A stretch of DNA of 64,000 nt from Deltaproteobacteria bacterium (GTDB taxonomy: Bacteria; Desulfobacterota; Binatia; Binatales; Binataceae): NCBI GenBank assembly GCA_021780225.1, contig JAJXZF010000017.1:13152-77151 (forward strand). Direction: 5' to 3'. A program made the translations under genes and the position numbers. The notes below the pieces were generated by a model. The model saw only the letters and a list, made by a program, of their open reading frames with translations. It was not told the DNA's origin and made no database searches. Of the stretch, positions 39,519-47,445 are shown one piece after another. Numbering within the stretch: position 1 is the first letter of the stretch; every line of letters starts with the position of its first letter.

Positions 39519-39644
39519 TCCGCTCGGATTCAAATCGGCCGCCGAAGCGTTCGGCGGTCCGCGCTCGCGCGGAGAGCCAGCCGCGATTAGAATTTCGATC
39601 GGCTCGCCGCGCGGGCCGAAATTCCAACGAGGCGAAGAATCGCG

Positions 39645-40604
39645 ATGAACAATGCGGATGGAGCGGCGATCGGCGGGACGGATCGTCCCGGATGGTTCGC
39701 GCTATGGATGCAGGCGAGCCGCGCATGGACGCTCGGGATGCCGTTCATGTGCGTATCCGTAGGGACGTTCGCCGCGCTCTATCGCGAGAGCGCATTCTCG
39801 CCGCTTCGCTATCTGATGGCGGCGGGGGCGGCGATGGCGCTGCAGGCCGGCGCCAACATGGTCAACGACTATTACGATTTCATCAAAGGCACCGATTCTC
39901 CCGACTGGCAGTCGCCGGAGAATTTCGGGCCGGGGTTGGTGATCCAGCGCGGCTATCTCCAACCGGAGCAGGTCTTTCGCGGCGGCGTGACCGCTTTCGC
40001 CGGGGGTATCGGGCTGGGACTGTGGCTCGCATGGCTGTGTGGATGGCCGATTCTGGCGCTGGGAATACTCGGCGTGGCGGGATCGTACTTTTACACCGGC
40101 GCGCCGTTCAGTCTGGCGTATCACGGACTGGGCGATTTGATGGTGTTCGCGCTGATGGGTCCCGGCTATGTGCTGGGCGCCTACTACGTGCAGGCGCTGC
40201 ATTTCTCCGCCACGGCGGCCGTGATTTCGTTGCCGATCGGACTGCTCTGCTCGGGCGTGCTGCAGGCCAACAATCTGCGCGATATCGAGAACGACGCCGC
40301 CCACGGCAAGCGCACGATGGCGGTGATAATCGGGCGCGCGGCGGGGGTCATGGAGCTGAAATTGTCGAACCTGTGCGCCTACTTGATCGTTTTGATCGCG
40401 GCGCTTGCCGGGCTTGCGCCATGGCTGGCGATCGCCGTCGCGATCACGGCGCCGCACGCGCTCGAAGAGACGCGCCTGATTTCGGACGGATCCGACCCCG
40501 ACCGGCATAATCGTGCGATGATGCTGTCCGGGCAACTTCAGTTCGAATTCGGTGCGGTATTGGTCGCCGCCTTCATTCTAAGCTGGCTGCCGCGGCATCT
40601 TTAA
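39645..40604 (+). CDS. menA: UbiA-family aromatic prenyltransferase (MenA-like 1,4-dihydroxy-2-naphthoate polyprenyltransferase)
   Basis: 319 aa with about 8 TM segments. First Asp-rich motif NMVNDYYDFIKGTD; second motif region NNLRDIENDAAHGKRT. Confidence 0.78.
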   Translation: MNNADGAAIGGTDRPGWFALWMQASRAWTLGMPFMCVSVGTFAALYRESAFSPLRYLMAAGAAMALQAGANMVNDYYDFIKGTDSPDWQSPENFGPGLVIQRGYLQPEQVFRGGVTAFAGGIGLGLWLAWLCGWPILALGILGVAGSYFYTGAPFSLAYHGLGDLMVFALMGPGYVLGAYYVQALHFSATAAVISLPIGLLCSGVLQANNLRDIENDAAHGKRTMAVIIGRAAGVMELKLSNLCAYLIVLIAALAGLAPWLAIAVAITAPHALEETRLISDGSDPDRHNRAMMLSGQLQFEFGAVLVAAFILSWLPRHL

Positions 40605-40639
40605 AAACGCCCGCGCCGAGCGCGCCGTCCGCGCCGCAA

Positions 40640-41077
40640 TCATTGCGGCGGCGTTGACGCCATCATCTTGTCGACCGCGCCGATGTTGGTCTCGTGCGCC
40701 TCGGCCATCACACGCAGGAACGCCGCGAGGCGCTCGTCCGCGATCGAGCCGACGCGTTCGTCGATCTTGCGCATCACCCAGCGCTGGCCGCGGTTGAGCA
40801 AATCAAGCTTTCCCCTGAGATCGGCGACCGCGCGGACTTTTTCGACGAAATCGCCGGTTTTGCTCGAGGGCGTTCCGCCCAGACGCCGGACATGGCCGGC
40901 CAGCTCGCCGGCGAAATATCCTTCGTCGTGCGAGACCTTGCGCAGCAGCTCGCTCAGGTCGAGCGAATCGCAGAGCCCCATCAGTTCGTGCAGAACGCGG
41001 CCGCCAGCCCGCTCGGCTTCGCCGAGGATGTTCAGGAACGATTCCAAGTCCGCATCCATGATCGTGCGCGCCTCCAA
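40640..41077 (-). CDS. ferritin-like four-helix-bundle protein (PA2169/DUF2383-like), hypothetical
   Basis: 145 aa, all-helical. ELAGHVRRLGGTPSSKTGDF...LNRGQRWVMRKIDE resembles the PA2169 family four-helix-bundle signature. Confidence 0.5.
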   Translation of the reverse strand: MEARTIMDADLESFLNILGEAERAGGRVLHELMGLCDSLDLSELLRKVSHDEGYFAGELAGHVRRLGGTPSSKTGDFVEKVRAVADLRGKLDLLNRGQRWVMRKIDERVGSIADERLAAFLRVMAEAHETNIGAVDKMMASTPPQ

Positions 41078-41145
41078 CTGTCGGTTACAAATACCAATTT
41101 ACCACGCCGCGGACCCGACCGTATCGCCGGCTGATCCGGGGCCGA

Positions 41146-42894
41146 TCACATGACCGGTATGATCGGACAATAAACTTCGCCGACCATCGAACGGCGCTCA
41201 ACCGCCATTCGCATCGCGCGCACGAAAGGCGCGAATTCCGGCGGCACACGCCATTGCGCCGACGCCATTCCCGCGATTTGCCCGCTGAGCAGTTTGCCGA
41301 GCGGGCCGGCTTCGTTCGGCAGCTCCTTGATCTGGACGCGCGTGGCGGCGCCGAGGCCGGCGAGCTTCTTCGCCTCCGCGATCGCGTCGGTCATCGTGCC
41401 GAGCTGGTCGATCAATTTTTCCTGCAACGCCTGCGCTCCGGTCCATACCCGGCCCTGCGCCACGTCGTTCGCCTGGGCGATCGTCATGCGCCGCTGCGCC
41501 GCGACCAGCTTGAGAAAATACTGGTAGGTGCCGCCAAGGATCTGATCGCGGAAAATCTGCTGCTGCGCGGGCGTGAAGTCGGTGAACGAATCGAACATCA
41601 TGGCGTTGGCGCCGCGCGTCACCGCGTCGCTTGCGATACCGAGCGCCCCCGCCGCGCCGGAGACATTGAATTTGCCGCCCAACACGCCGATCGATCCTGT
41701 AATCGTGCCGGCGTCGGCGATAATCTTTTTGGCCGGCGTCGAGATCCAAAAACCGCCCGAGGCGCCGTAGCTGGACATGCTCACCACGACCGGTTTTTTC
41801 TTCGCCGTCAGTTCCACCGCGCGCCGGATCAGCTCCGAAGCGATGACCGACCCGCCCGGCGAATCGACGCGGAAGACCACCGCCCTGACGCTGTCGTCTT
41901 CGCGCGCGTCCTTGAACGCGTCGATCATGTCGTCGGAGGTCATCGCTTCGGAGGCCGGCCCAAGCATCGGGTCGAAGCCGCCCTGGCCGCGCTGGATCGC
42001 TCCGACCCCGTAGATGATCGCGATCTTGTCGCGACCGCCGCCGAGCCATCCGAGCGACGGACGGGCGTAGTCGTCGTAGTCGATCAATTCGTGCTTTTCG
42101 CCGCGGTATTTCTTGACCCGTTCGTCGAACTGATCTTCGTATTCAAGACGGTCAAGCAGTTTGTCCTTCAAGCTTTGTTCAGCCGTAAGGGGCGCCTGGT
42201 TGATCGCGGCCTGAATCTGATCGGGCGGCAGATGACGCTCCCCGGCCATCCCGGCGACGATCTGGTCGAACATATTTCCGGCCAGGGCGTCGTCCTCTTC
42301 GCGCTGGGCCGGGGTGAAGTCTTTCTGAGTAAAGATATTGGCGGCGCTCTTGTATTTGCCGATCGCCGCGAAATTGGGCGTCACCTTAATCCAGTCGAAC
42401 ATGCCGCGCGCGAATACCTCGCGGATGCCGACGCCGAGGATGTTCATCTCGCCCTGCGGCATCATCGAGACTTCGTCGGCCGAGGCCGCGACGAGATACG
42501 GCAGGTTTCCATAACCGCTTTCGCCCGCGCTTTCCATATAGGCGGTGGTCCATTTTCCATGACCGCGAAATTCACGGACCATCGCGCAAAGTTCCTGCGC
42601 TTGCGCAAGTTCCATCTGCGGATCGATCACTTTGATCGCCAGTCCGACGATTCGATTGTCGCGTTCGCCCTGTTGCAGCGCCTCGCGCACGAGATTGAGC
42701 GCGGTCTGATGCTGCGTGAACAGACCGAGCGGCGATTGTTCGCCGCGCTCCACCACCGGCCCGTCAAGCTGCAGGACGAGCACCGACCCCGGCTTGTAGC
42801 GATGTGCCAGGTATTCGCTTGCCGCCACGACCACGAACAGAATCAGCAACACGAAAATCGTGCGCAGGAGCCATCGGAACAGTCGCTTGAACAT
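41146..42894 (-). CDS. sppA: signal peptide peptidase SppA, 67K type (tandem S49 domains)
   Basis: Start at the internal ATG (MFKRLFRWLLRTIFVLLILFVVVAAS, a TM anchor). Two ClpP/S49-fold domains; catalytic-serine region VVSMSSYGASGGFWISTPA. The 110-codon upstream extension is rejected. Confidence 0.85.
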   Translation of the reverse strand: MFKRLFRWLLRTIFVLLILFVVVAASEYLAHRYKPGSVLVLQLDGPVVERGEQSPLGLFTQHQTALNLVREALQQGERDNRIVGLAIKVIDPQMELAQAQELCAMVREFRGHGKWTTAYMESAGESGYGNLPYLVAASADEVSMMPQGEMNILGVGIREVFARGMFDWIKVTPNFAAIGKYKSAANIFTQKDFTPAQREEDDALAGNMFDQIVAGMAGERHLPPDQIQAAINQAPLTAEQSLKDKLLDRLEYEDQFDERVKKYRGEKHELIDYDDYARPSLGWLGGGRDKIAIIYGVGAIQRGQGGFDPMLGPASEAMTSDDMIDAFKDAREDDSVRAVVFRVDSPGGSVIASELIRRAVELTAKKKPVVVSMSSYGASGGFWISTPAKKIIADAGTITGSIGVLGGKFNVSGAAGALGIASDAVTRGANAMMFDSFTDFTPAQQQIFRDQILGGTYQYFLKLVAAQRRMTIAQANDVAQGRVWTGAQALQEKLIDQLGTMTDAIAEAKKLAGLGAATRVQIKELPNEAGPLGKLLSGQIAGMASAQWRVPPEFAPFVRAMRMAVERRSMVGEVYCPIIPVM

Positions 42895-43134
42895 GCCAAC
42901 CTCGTGCGGTTCGGTACGCCGCCCTTTTCCCCGGACCGATGCGCCGCTCGCGCGCGCCCGCCGGGTCTCGTCCGCGGCGCTCGCGATGTGCTTGAATGCG
43001 GCGTCCGGAATTCGAATGATAGCCAACCACAACCGCAAGCCTTCGGCCAGACGCCGCGGCGCAATCGCTTCAAATAGCCGCCGCGTATGCCGCCGCGCGA
43101 TGCCGGCGGGCGCGTCTCCGGACCAATTTCCCGC

Positions 43135-44421
43135 ATGAACGGAAAGCCCGAGATTCGCGACGCGAACGCGCAGTTGGAGACGGCCCAGCCGCTGCTGAGC
43201 GAACAGACGCTCGGCGCCGTTCACTACCGCATCATCGCGCTATGCTTCGCGGCCTGGATCTTCGACTTTTACGACTTGATTCTCTATTCGTTCATCCTCG
43301 TGCCGATTGCGCGGGAACTCGGTCTTTCGCCCGCGGAATCCTCCTTGACGATGGGCGTCGCTTTCGCGACGACGGCGATCGGGGGCGTTCTGTTCGGTTT
43401 TCTGGGCGACCGCTACGGCCGCAAGCCGGTGATCATCGGTTCCGTTCTGATTTACGGCGCGGGCACGATGCTCTGCGCTTCCTCGCATAATCTGGCGCAG
43501 TTGCTCGCCTATCGATCATTTACGGGACTTGGCATCGGCGGCGAATGGGCCGCCGGCCAGAGTCTGGTGGCGGAAACCGTCCCGCCCGCGCGCCGCGGCC
43601 GTTACGCCTCGTATGTTCAGGTCGGCGCGCCGCTGGGCGTGATGCTCGCGGCGGCGATCGGCGGCCATCTCGAGCCGATAATCGGTTGGCGCCACGTATT
43701 CACGCTGTCCGCGGCGCCGGCTTTCGCCGTGGCATTCGCGGTATGGCGCTGGTTGCCCGAAAGCGACGTCTGGCGGCGCACGGGCGCCCGTCCGACGCTG
43801 TCGATGCAGGCGCTGCGCGACCTTTCGCCGTTCCATCGCGTGGTTGGCCTCTTGTTCATCGTCCTGCTCGTAAACTCCGCGGCTTACTGGTTCACCTACA
43901 CCTGGATGCCGAGCTACCTGCGCATCGCGCGCCATCTCACGCCTCAAGCAAGCGGCAATCTGATGATCTGGATGCAAATCGGCGCGCTTGCCGGGTATGC
44001 GATTTTCGGCGCGCTCGCCGATCGCTTTGGCCGCAGACCGGTATTCTCGATGTACGCCGTGATGATGGCGGTGGGCATCCTTCCGGCGACGATCTTTTGG
44101 GACCAAGCGGCGCGCATCACCGGATTGATCGCGGCGGCGCTTTCGATCGCGGGCTTCGGCACGGGCGTATGGTCAGGCGTGGGGGCGATGATCTCCGAGA
44201 TGTTGCCGACCCACGTTCGCAATACTGCCCTGGGATTGCTCCTTAACGTCACGCGCGGCATCCAATTCTTCACGCCGCTGATCATCACCGCGCTGAGTCC
44301 GCTGATTGGCTTCGGACCGACGCTCGCAATCGGCGCGCTTTTCTCGGCGGCGGGTTCCGCGATGGTGTGGATGCTGCCGGAGACCCGCGGCCGCATCATC
44401 ACCGCGCATGACGCGGCGTGA
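43135..44421 (+). CDS. MFS transporter
   Basis: ATG at 43135 (MNGKPEIRD...). 12 TM segments; MFS motif GFLGDRYGRKPVII. Confidence 0.85.
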   Translation: MNGKPEIRDANAQLETAQPLLSEQTLGAVHYRIIALCFAAWIFDFYDLILYSFILVPIARELGLSPAESSLTMGVAFATTAIGGVLFGFLGDRYGRKPVIIGSVLIYGAGTMLCASSHNLAQLLAYRSFTGLGIGGEWAAGQSLVAETVPPARRGRYASYVQVGAPLGVMLAAAIGGHLEPIIGWRHVFTLSAAPAFAVAFAVWRWLPESDVWRRTGARPTLSMQALRDLSPFHRVVGLLFIVLLVNSAAYWFTYTWMPSYLRIARHLTPQASGNLMIWMQIGALAGYAIFGALADRFGRRPVFSMYAVMMAVGILPATIFWDQAARITGLIAAALSIAGFGTGVWSGVGAMISEMLPTHVRNTALGLLLNVTRGIQFFTPLIITALSPLIGFGPTLAIGALFSAAGSAMVWMLPETRGRIITAHDAA

Positions 44422-44441
44422 ATCGCGGATGCGGCGGAGTT

Positions 44442-46250
44442 TTAGCGACGCTGTTTTCGTTCGATCGCTACGCTGTTCGGATAGTCCCGGCCGTCGTAAC
44501 GCGATAGATGGATCGCGACGGTCACCTTCCGATCGCCATCTTTCACGCTGACGGCAATGATTACAGGCCGAGCTTTGGCGACCGGCGGATGTGCGCCCGC
44601 AAGCGCTTCGGCGATCGTCCGGCCGCCGCCGCCGGCAGCCGCTTTAAAGCCGAATAGATGTTCGATCGTCGGCGTAATGTCACTGTTTGAAGTCGGCAAT
44701 TCGTCAACGTAACCGCGCCGGAAATCCGGTCCGATCGCGGCTCCGATGTTGTGCAGTTCTCGCGCGCCGAACGCCCCGTGCATTCCCATCCCGGTGGTGT
44801 AACGAGGCGCGTCGGAGTAGATCACGCCCTCGATTGGCCGAATCAGGGGCGCCGAATGATTCGCAGTCGTTTCATCGCCGTTCGGGCCGATCACGATTGC
44901 GGAATTGGACGGACCGGTAAGCCCCCGATTGCTTTCGTTGGACAATTCACGGAACGAAACGATCAGGTCGGGCGAGCGCGGCGAGCCGCCAAGTCCGAAA
45001 GCGCGCGCGCTGAAAGTACCTTCGATAAATCCGCGGTACTCCTGATTATGCGACGTTCGCGGCGCCCGATCGTCAGAGAAGATCGGCCCGCACCACGGCT
45101 GCATGAGCGCGTAAGCGACGATTTTCCGCATCAGCGCCGTCCGCTCGGGCGCGCTCAGCCGCGCAGGCAGATAAACCAGATCCATGCCGCCGTTGTGCGC
45201 GATCACCATCCCGGCCGCGTCAGGATCGTCCTTCAGAACTCCGGCTTTGAGCAGGCGCGCCAGCGGAACTTCCGCTTTGACCGTCGCGAAACCATGATCC
45301 GATACGACGATCAAGTCGGTGCGGCCGGCGATTCCAAGATCGTCTATCGCCTTTCTAATCGCGCCAAGATTTCGATCGTCCGCCGCTACCGCGTCCAACG
45401 CGATCCGCGTGCCGAGGCCCGCGAGATGCTGGGCCAAATCGGGGTTGTGTTGCCAAAAGACGATCAAAGCCGGCCGGCCGGCCGCGCTCGCGGCTTTGGC
45501 GGCGGGCAACGCGCGCTCGATTGCGATTCGAGTGAACCAGGCGTCGCGCGCGGCGATCGATTCCGGATGGACCATCGTCAACGGAGGTTTGGCGCCGATC
45601 ATCGCGGCGATGGCAGGCGGCGCGGCGGCGTCGTCCGAAACGAACAGGCCACTTTCCGCCGAATCATCCGAGACGAACTCCGGATCGAACATCCCGGTCG
45701 GACCCTGTTTTCCCAGGACGGCCACGTACCCGCCAGATTTGGCGATCGTTTGGCCGACCGCCGCGAGCGTCTCGACACCGTCCGCGAAGGCCCGCGCGTC
45801 ATGCAGCGCCAACAGGTACCTGGTGTTTTCCAGATTCAGCGGATCGTTCAGCAGATAGCCGATAGAGGGAATCGTCGTCGCCCGCGCCATGTCGAGCGCC
45901 GGCGCCAGATACATCGCGTCGCCAAACACTCCGTCGCTCGCCGGAGCGCCGCCGGTCGCCATCGCGGCCGCGTTGACCAGCGTCACGGTCGGAAAGACGG
46001 AATGGTGTCTGGCGAAGCGAACGCCCGCGGTTTCGAGCGCCTCCAGATTCGGCGTAGCGTGCGCATCGACAAAATCCGGCCGCATCCCGTCCCAAACCAT
46101 CAGGATTACGATGCGGCCCGGGGTTCCGTTCGCCAGCACGGCGCGCGCCGCTAAAAGGATTGCCGCAAGCGCGGCTATCGAACAGGCGGCCAGCCGGCGG
46201 AGCAGGCAATTTCCGGTCGCGGTCACGCTTTCAAATGGCGCACGAACCAA
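44442..46250 (-). CDS. alkaline-phosphatase-superfamily enzyme (type I phosphodiesterase / nucleotide pyrophosphatase-like), secreted
   Basis: 602 aa with a signal peptide (LRRLAACSIAALAAILLAARAVLA). Metal-binding core GRIVILMVWDGMRPDF...VVSDHGF. Confidence 0.72.
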   Translation of the reverse strand: MVRAPFESVTATGNCLLRRLAACSIAALAAILLAARAVLANGTPGRIVILMVWDGMRPDFVDAHATPNLEALETAGVRFARHHSVFPTVTLVNAAAMATGGAPASDGVFGDAMYLAPALDMARATTIPSIGYLLNDPLNLENTRYLLALHDARAFADGVETLAAVGQTIAKSGGYVAVLGKQGPTGMFDPEFVSDDSAESGLFVSDDAAAPPAIAAMIGAKPPLTMVHPESIAARDAWFTRIAIERALPAAKAASAAGRPALIVFWQHNPDLAQHLAGLGTRIALDAVAADDRNLGAIRKAIDDLGIAGRTDLIVVSDHGFATVKAEVPLARLLKAGVLKDDPDAAGMVIAHNGGMDLVYLPARLSAPERTALMRKIVAYALMQPWCGPIFSDDRAPRTSHNQEYRGFIEGTFSARAFGLGGSPRSPDLIVSFRELSNESNRGLTGPSNSAIVIGPNGDETTANHSAPLIRPIEGVIYSDAPRYTTGMGMHGAFGARELHNIGAAIGPDFRRGYVDELPTSNSDITPTIEHLFGFKAAAGGGGRTIAEALAGAHPPVAKARPVIIAVSVKDGDRKVTVAIHLSRYDGRDYPNSVAIERKQRR

Positions 46251-47119
46251 TCCCGCGCCGCGCCGCTCGCACGCTCGAAATCATTCACGTAAGCGTCGAA
46301 ATGGCCTCCCGGGAGAACCAGGAGACTCTTCGGCTCGAGCGCCCGGTTATACGCCGCGAAGGCCTCGTCCGCCACCGCCAGATGGTCGTTGGCCGCGATT
46401 ATGAGCAGCAACGGCGTCGGACTGATGCGCGTGATATAATCGCCGGGTTCGTACTCGCCGAGCATCTCGACCGTCCGCAACGTCACCTCGTTGCGCCAGG
46501 CTGGCGCGCGCAGTTTCGCGGTCGAAGTGAACCATTCCCACGAATCGGCGGTTGGCAGCGCGGCCGGATCGAACGGATTCTCGGCGACCACGGGCATCAT
46601 CGCCGGCTGCCCACCGCGAAAACGCTCGGCGCGATCGGCGTCGAATTGGCGGCGCACTTCCGCGATCATGTCCGCCCGGATCAGGCGCTTGAGATTGCGC
46701 GAGCCGCTGACGAGCGGCACTTGCGAGACGACGCACTTGACGCGCCGATCGATCGCTCCGGCCGCCAGCACATGGCCGCCGCTATAACTCGAGCCCCAGA
46801 TTCCGATACGAGCGGCGTCAATTTCGGGTCGCAAGCCCGTCCACGTAATCGCATGCCGGTAGTCGCGCACCTGCGCCCACGGGTCGAGCTCCTGGCGCGG
46901 TTCGCCGCCGCTCGCGCCGAGGTTGCGATTGTCATAAACGACCACCGCCAGTCCCGCCGCCGCGAAGGTCTCCGCGAACCGATCGAGATACATTTCTTTG
47001 ACGGCTGAAAAACCATGCGCCATCACGATCGCCGGCGCGCGATCATTTGCGCCTGCGGCCGGATAAAGCCAGCCGCGGAGAATCGTTCCTTCGGCGTTGA
47101 TTTCAATATCGTGCCGCAT
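46223..47119 (-). CDS. alpha/beta hydrolase (acetyl-xylan-esterase/dienelactone-hydrolase-like)
   Basis: 298 aa. PAIVMAHGFSAVKEM...; nucleophile elbow GIWGSSYSGGHVL. Its 3' end overlaps the start of the downstream phosphodiesterase ORF by 28 nt. Confidence 0.8.
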   Translation of the reverse strand: MRHDIEINAEGTILRGWLYPAAGANDRAPAIVMAHGFSAVKEMYLDRFAETFAAAGLAVVVYDNRNLGASGGEPRQELDPWAQVRDYRHAITWTGLRPEIDAARIGIWGSSYSGGHVLAAGAIDRRVKCVVSQVPLVSGSRNLKRLIRADMIAEVRRQFDADRAERFRGGQPAMMPVVAENPFDPAALPTADSWEWFTSTAKLRAPAWRNEVTLRTVEMLGEYEPGDYITRISPTPLLLIIAANDHLAVADEAFAAYNRALEPKSLLVLPGGHFDAYVNDFERASGAARDWFVRHLKA

Positions 47120-47238
47120 TCGCAGAGCAACCTCGCGCCGGAATCATAAAGCAGCGCGCCGCGGGTCTCAAATGTCGGAGTGTTAAATCGGCAGTGTGAT
47201 GTTCCATTGATAACTTTACAAAGGAATCACAGCGGCGC

Positions 47239-47376
47239 GGGATTCTTCGCTCGGCAGCCTCGCTCAGAATGACAATAACGACGCTTCATCATGTCATTCT
47301 GAGCTTGTCCTGAGCGTAGCGAAGGACGCAGCGAAGAATTTCGATTCGTCGCCAAAAGCAAACTTATTTGCGGGAC
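47239..47376. repeat. composite intergenic repeat, locus C (MITE-like): GGGATTCTTCGCTCGGCAGCCTCGCTCAGAATGACA / hairpin GCTCAGAATGACA-N17-TGTCATTCTGAGC / AAACTTATTTGCGGGAC
   Basis: Perfect 13-bp inverted repeat at 47262-47274 and 47292-47304, with imperfect longer arms (GAATTCTTCGCTGCGTCCTTCGC...). Shares modules with locus A (13610-13639) and locus B (34197-34213). Confidence 0.7.
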
Positions 47377-47391
47377 ACACAGTAGATCGGA

Positions 47392-47434
47392 AATAAAAAA
47401 ACGCGGCGGACACTTCAGGCGTCCGCCGCGTTTT
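47392..47434 (-). terminator. Rho-independent terminator of the outer-membrane protein gene (bidirectional hairpin)
   Basis: On the minus strand, CGCGGCGGACGCCTGAAGTGTCCGCCGCG followed by TTTTTTTAT, 12 nt after the stop at 47446. Confidence 0.8.
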
Positions 47435-47445
47435 GGTCGGCTCGA

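Noticed and set aside
41254-43077. 607-aa plus-strand ORF antisense to sppA
   Set aside because: Same high-GC antisense artefact. The SppA frame has catalytic-serine and S49 motifs, and the opposite frame has none.
42895-43224. N-terminal extension of the sppA ORF
   Set aside because: It precedes the TM anchor MFKRLFRWLL, which is the expected SppA N-terminus, and it overlaps the divergent MFS gene region.
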